This document shows positions 36,160 through 40,000 of a DNA stretch of 40,000 nucleotides, in pieces. A program made the translations under genes and the position numbers. This DNA is from Acidobacteriaceae bacterium. GTDB taxonomy: Bacteria > Acidobacteriota > Terriglobia > Terriglobales > Acidobacteriaceae. The stretch covers positions 27,263 through 67,262 of the forward strand of contig DASRGC010000061.1 of the NCBI GenBank assembly GCA_035651235.1, read 5' to 3'. Under the pieces are notes generated by a model, which was not told where the DNA came from, made no database searches, and saw only the letters and a program-made list of their open reading frames with translations. The first letter of the stretch is position 1. Every line of letters begins with the position of its first letter.

Positions 36160-36427
36160 AGAAGACGAATGGGCTGAGCGATTGGCTTGTACGGGCGTGT
36201 GTGGCTCTGCCGTTCCTCATCTTCGGGCTGGAGAAGTTTGGGAAGGATCCACACTGAATGAGCATGTTTGCAGAGATTGGGTGGGATGTGTGGAGGTATT
36301 GGGGTGCGATGTCTTCGAGGTGATCGACTGGTCCAGTCTTTTCGGCGTCCGCTCCACGCCGTTGCAAGAAGCGCTCAACACCACGTTCCGCGACCCTAAG
36401 TACTCGAGGTTCGAGCTGGACTTCTAA
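36160..36427 (+). pseudogene. possible DoxX-family membrane protein remnant (frameshifted, truncated)
   Basis: One frame reads TNGLSDWLVRACVALPFLIFGLEKFGKDPH then stops. The next frame continues DWVGCVEVLGCDVF...SLFG. Together these resemble a DoxX N-terminus and second helix. The assignment is weak. Confidence 0.25.
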
Positions 36428-38166
36428 TCCCGCTTGAGAATCGTCAGCATTCCATACCGCTGCACAAACGTGTAATGCGATGCGATGTAGTCGTCCAGCA
36501 GGTGCACACCGGTGCTCACCGAGCTACCGTTTGGCTCGTGGATGTTCTGAAATCGCCCGTCGAGCACCACGTACGGTGGCCGATTGCGCTCCAGCTCACC
36601 GATCATCTCTTGTTGTATGTCTGCGCGATTCTGCAAGAAAGGATCGAAGTGGGACCACTTCGTGGCAGGCAGTCTCTGTGCGGCAAAGTACAGGAGATTG
36701 TTGTTCATCACGATCCGGTCGTGCTTTGGTAAACCCACATAGATCGTGTCCTGCGGGTTCGTGTGCTCGGTCAGGTACTTCACAGTAGCTATACTGTCGG
36801 ACTCGATGGAATAACACATTCCCCATGTAATCACATTGCTCGTCTTGCACCAGCCGCGATCGGGCGGAAGCGGCGCCTGGTTGACGGGTGCGATGATCCA
36901 CTTGAGCATAATCGCGCGCTGCTGACGTTCTACAAGAACGGTATTCTGCAGAGACAAGAACCCCAGAACAAAGAACAGTACAATCGTTACGAACAAAACG
37001 CCACGCAACGAGCGGCCGAGGTTGCTTCCGTGTTGGCCGAGATAGTTTCTGAATTGATAGACCATAGCGCCCAGCAGGAGCGACGGAATCAGGCACGCGT
37101 ACATTGCACCGGCGCTGATTCTCACCAGGCCCTTGACCGACAGCAGCAGAGCCACTAACGCCAACGAGAGCATAAACTCCGCCCACACCGACGGCTCCGT
37201 CGCTTTCGCATCCGCAGCGGAACGTCGCCTTCGGATGCCAATCACGCCGACATAGACCGCCAAGCCGAGGAGAACAGGAAGCAGATACACGGCAAGGTTA
37301 TTCCAGGACGGGCCGAAGATCGACGGCGGCGGAAGCGCCCGCCCGGCGCGATAATACTTCGCCGTGTACAGCACAATGTCATACAGCAGGTCGTGCAGCG
37401 GCGCGACTGCCAGGTACGCTGTCATGATCGGCACTGCAACGAGAACAAAGCCGCCCACATAGCTTGCGAGCCACGAACCGAGGACTCGGCCGCGACGCTC
37501 GCCATCGCGAGCCCGCCGGTAGATGACCACCGCAATCGCCACCACATGCCCGGCCACGAGCATCACGCCCATGTCGTACCGGAACGCGAACAGAACCCCA
37601 ACCAGCAGCCCCGCCGCAAAGCTCCGTCTTCGATCCACCTTTTGTTGAGCCGACACAACGTTGAGATACGTACTCCAGAGAATGAGCACGCACACGCTCG
37701 AGAGCAGAAAACTCGGAATGAAATTCTCTCCGATACCCCACAACACAAAGCAGAGGACCGTTGCCAGCGCTACGCTTCTTCCGCAGAACCGCCGCGCCAG
37801 GCCGTACAGCGACACGCCGAGAAACGAACCCGCAAACAGCCCAACCAACCGCTCCAGAAGAACCGACGAGCCGAACACCTTGAACAGCCCTGCAAGCAGA
37901 TACAGTTGAGCCGGTCCGTAGTTGTAATAGAAGTCCCTATGCAGCACCTGGCCTGCCATTGTTCTCATCACTGCCGTAAGCAGGATTCCCTCGTCGTACA
38001 AATTGACCGCGCGGTTGCTGAGCAGAAAGGCCACTGCGAACACAGCGACGAACACCACCAGCAGCTCGCCCACCATCCCGTGTCTCCATTCGCGCCTGCC
38101 TGGAAATGACTTGGGCGATCCTTCTGCTAACGTGCTGCCTGCCTGCTGTTCCGTCGCGATGCTCAT
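36424..38166 (-). CDS. polytopic membrane protein, GT-C-like glycosyltransferase candidate
   Basis: About 580 aa with more than 10 hydrophobic helices. Acidic motif NLYDEGILL after helix 1, then HRDFYYNYGP. Soluble C-terminal domain. The ATG at 38166 is the likely start (ORF open to 38238). Confidence 0.6.
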   Translation of the reverse strand: MSIATEQQAGSTLAEGSPKSFPGRREWRHGMVGELLVVFVAVFAVAFLLSNRAVNLYDEGILLTAVMRTMAGQVLHRDFYYNYGPAQLYLLAGLFKVFGSSVLLERLVGLFAGSFLGVSLYGLARRFCGRSVALATVLCFVLWGIGENFIPSFLLSSVCVLILWSTYLNVVSAQQKVDRRRSFAAGLLVGVLFAFRYDMGVMLVAGHVVAIAVVIYRRARDGERRGRVLGSWLASYVGGFVLVAVPIMTAYLAVAPLHDLLYDIVLYTAKYYRAGRALPPPSIFGPSWNNLAVYLLPVLLGLAVYVGVIGIRRRRSAADAKATEPSVWAEFMLSLALVALLLSVKGLVRISAGAMYACLIPSLLLGAMVYQFRNYLGQHGSNLGRSLRGVLFVTIVLFFVLGFLSLQNTVLVERQQRAIMLKWIIAPVNQAPLPPDRGWCKTSNVITWGMCYSIESDSIATVKYLTEHTNPQDTIYVGLPKHDRIVMNNNLLYFAAQRLPATKWSHFDPFLQNRADIQQEMIGELERNRPPYVVLDGRFQNIHEPNGSSVSTGVHLLDDYIASHYTFVQRYGMLTILKRD

Positions 38167-38274
38167 AAATTCTGTTATCGGTTCACCTATAATTTTATGA
38201 GAACAGGGCAGCTCCAGTGTTGGCCAACGGATCAACATCTTTCGCGCCCTCTAACACGCTGTCGAAATCGAAAA

Positions 38275-39612
38275 ATGACCACAAGGCACGCAGTAGCGAC
38301 GGAAGTCGGCGGCCCGTCCACTCGCGGTGCATGGGAGCGCGTGTGCGACCGCGCCCGCACACTCCTTGCACGGTTGAGCATACGCACCGGACTCACTCCG
38401 CTGTGGCTTGCCGCCGCGTTCATTCTCTCCGCGGCGCTCATCGTCCTGCGCGACCCAAGCCTCTTCACCAACCCGCAGTTCTGGGCAGAGGACGGCAAAG
38501 TCTGGTACGCGCAGGCCTACAACGGCGGCTGGCTGCACTCCCTTACGATGCCCCTGGGCGGCTACCTGAACACGCTGCAGCGTCTCGCCGCGGGCCTCGC
38601 TCTGCTCGTTCCGTTCCGCTGGGCCCCGCTGCCGATGGCGCTCGTCGGCCTCGTCTGTGAGGCGCTCCCCGTACCCATTCTGCTCTCGCCGCGCTGCCGC
38701 AACTGGGCGCCGCTTCCGTTGCGAATCCTCTTCGCCGCGGTCTATATCGCGATTCCCGACGCGCGCGAGATCCACATCCTCTGCACCAATGCGCACTGGC
38801 ATCTCGCCGTCAGTGAAGTGCTCCTCGCCTTCGCTGCCGCCCCGCGCTCGCTGTTCGGCAAAGTCTTCGACATCTGCCTCTTTCTCCTCGCGGGATTCTG
38901 CGGTCCATTCGGCGTTCTGCTTCTGCCGTTCCTGTTTCTGTTCTGGCTGATTCGCCGTCAGCGCTGGTCTCTCGTTACCGGAGGTCTCCTTAGCATCGGC
39001 GTTGTCGTGCAAATCATCTTCCTCCGCACCTTTCACGAGACCCGCCACGTCCGTCCGCTCGGCGCATCCCTCGCCATGTTTCTCCGCATCCTCGGCGGAG
39101 ACGTTTACCTCGCCGCACTTCGCGGCTCCTTCGCATACGGCAAAACCCAGCCACTCTTCGTCTGCGCCATCGCCTCCGTCATCGGCCTCGCAATTTCCAT
39201 CTACTGTTTCCGCTACGTCTCTCTCGAGGTCCGCCTCTTTTTCCTCTACTGCGGGGCCATCTTCGCTGCGTCCATGCGCAGTCCGCTTCTGCCCACAACT
39301 TCTCTCCCGCTCTGGGACTTCATGCTGTCAGCGTCCTCCATCCGCTACTGGTTTTTCCCGAGCCTGATCTTTCTGTTCTCCATCCTGTGGTGCATGATCT
39401 ACGCCCGCAACGCGATCATGAAGTGGACAGCGGTCGCCCTCGCCGTCATCCTGCTGCAGGGCATCTACCGCGACTGGAGAATCGCCCCGCTCGTCGACAT
39501 GCACTTCGCCCAGCAGGCAGCCATCTTTCAAGCAGCGCCTCCCGGCACGCACGTCAGCATCCCGCTCAACCCGCCCACCGGAGAGTGGCATGTCGATCTC
39601 ACAAAAAAATAG
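38275..39612 (+). CDS. polytopic membrane protein of unknown function (GT-C-like acidic loop)
   Basis: About 445 aa and multi-helix. FWAEDGKVWY follows the first helix. Divergent from 36424..38166. The ATG at 38275 is the likely start (ORF open from 38197). Confidence 0.55.
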   Translation: MTTRHAVATEVGGPSTRGAWERVCDRARTLLARLSIRTGLTPLWLAAAFILSAALIVLRDPSLFTNPQFWAEDGKVWYAQAYNGGWLHSLTMPLGGYLNTLQRLAAGLALLVPFRWAPLPMALVGLVCEALPVPILLSPRCRNWAPLPLRILFAAVYIAIPDAREIHILCTNAHWHLAVSEVLLAFAAAPRSLFGKVFDICLFLLAGFCGPFGVLLLPFLFLFWLIRRQRWSLVTGGLLSIGVVVQIIFLRTFHETRHVRPLGASLAMFLRILGGDVYLAALRGSFAYGKTQPLFVCAIASVIGLAISIYCFRYVSLEVRLFFLYCGAIFAASMRSPLLPTTSLPLWDFMLSASSIRYWFFPSLIFLFSILWCMIYARNAIMKWTAVALAVILLQGIYRDWRIAPLVDMHFAQQAAIFQAAPPGTHVSIPLNPPTGEWHVDLTKK

Positions 39613-39843
39613 CTGACGAGAGGATCTCCTTTGCCCACCTGCACAACGGAACCGGCCATCAGCTCGAGCCCTCGAGCCCGTCGCATCGATGCGCCGGTCG
39701 CCGACATGCACGACCTATTCAGCCTCTACCGCGCGGAAGCAGCCGTTGCGCAGGAGATGCAGCGCGCCGACCTTCGGCTTCCCCACGTCCCTGAGCGTCT
39801 GGAATCTTTCCTCAAAATTCAGCACACTTGAAACACAGCAGCC

Positions 39844-40000
39844 ATGAATTCGACCACAACCGCACCGCCTGACCCGCTCACCACCACTCGCTCTCAGAAA
39901 GCCGCGCTTTCGCTCTTCACGCGCGAGAGCCTGCTCTGCGTTGTAATCTTCTGCATCTGCCTCCTGATCGTCTGGCCCGTAGCCGAAGTCGGCGTAAACG
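39844..40000 (+). CDS. 5' part of a membrane protein gene running off the window
   Basis: The ATG at 39844 (MNSTTTAPPDPLTTTRSQKAALSLFTRESLLCVVIFCICLLIVWPVAEVGVN...) is open to the window end. It has one clear transmembrane helix followed by a VGVN loop resembling the VNDD loop of 29446..31170. Confidence 0.4.
   Translation, partial: MNSTTTAPPDPLTTTRSQKAALSLFTRESLLCVVIFCICLLIVWPVAEVGVN

Noticed and set aside
39631-39831. 66-aa plus-strand ORF between two membrane-protein genes
   Set aside because: It is short, with no RBS or motif recognised and an Ala/Arg-rich composition. It could be real, but the sequence alone does not support it.

Overview
High-GC bacterial chromosomal segment. The protein style resembles Acidobacteriota, but that is only an inference. 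All functional calls come from motifs read by eye in the supplied translations; no database search was possible.

Layout:
(1) 1-11.3 kb is ordinary core genome: ECF sigma factor, tlyA, nadK, tRNA-Arg, a TlpA-like thioredoxin lipoprotein, a GT2 glycosyltransferase, two tandem PTPS/QueD paralogues plus folE, truB, and the conserved tesA <-> ybbA-ybbP-like arrangement.
(2) 11,362-26,109 is a 14.7-kb insertion. It is bounded by 36-bp imperfect terminal inverted repeats and an exact 14-bp direct repeat (AGCGGCGGGTTGAC). It encodes a solo Cas1 homologue and a family B DNA polymerase, with no CRISPR array and no cas2. I interpret it as a casposon-like self-synthesizing transposon in a bacterial host. 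It carries a large apparent defence cargo: a Type III R-M system, an EVE-like/PD-(D/E)xK fusion, and an HNH + HEPN-like pair. The polymerase is split over three frames although all its catalytic motifs are intact.
(3) tRNA-Gln(CTG) lies at 26,208-26,281. It is followed by a decayed island with a P4-type integrase remnant, MarR, a DinB-like gene with an in-frame stop, an SDR, and a truncated Rossmann gene.
(4) 29.4-40 kb is a cell-envelope glycan cluster: wecE/wecD-like genes, an ArnC-like GT2, two methyltransferases, and several polytopic GT-C-like membrane proteins.

Many long antisense ORFs in the track are shadow ORFs of the high-GC genes and were not called.
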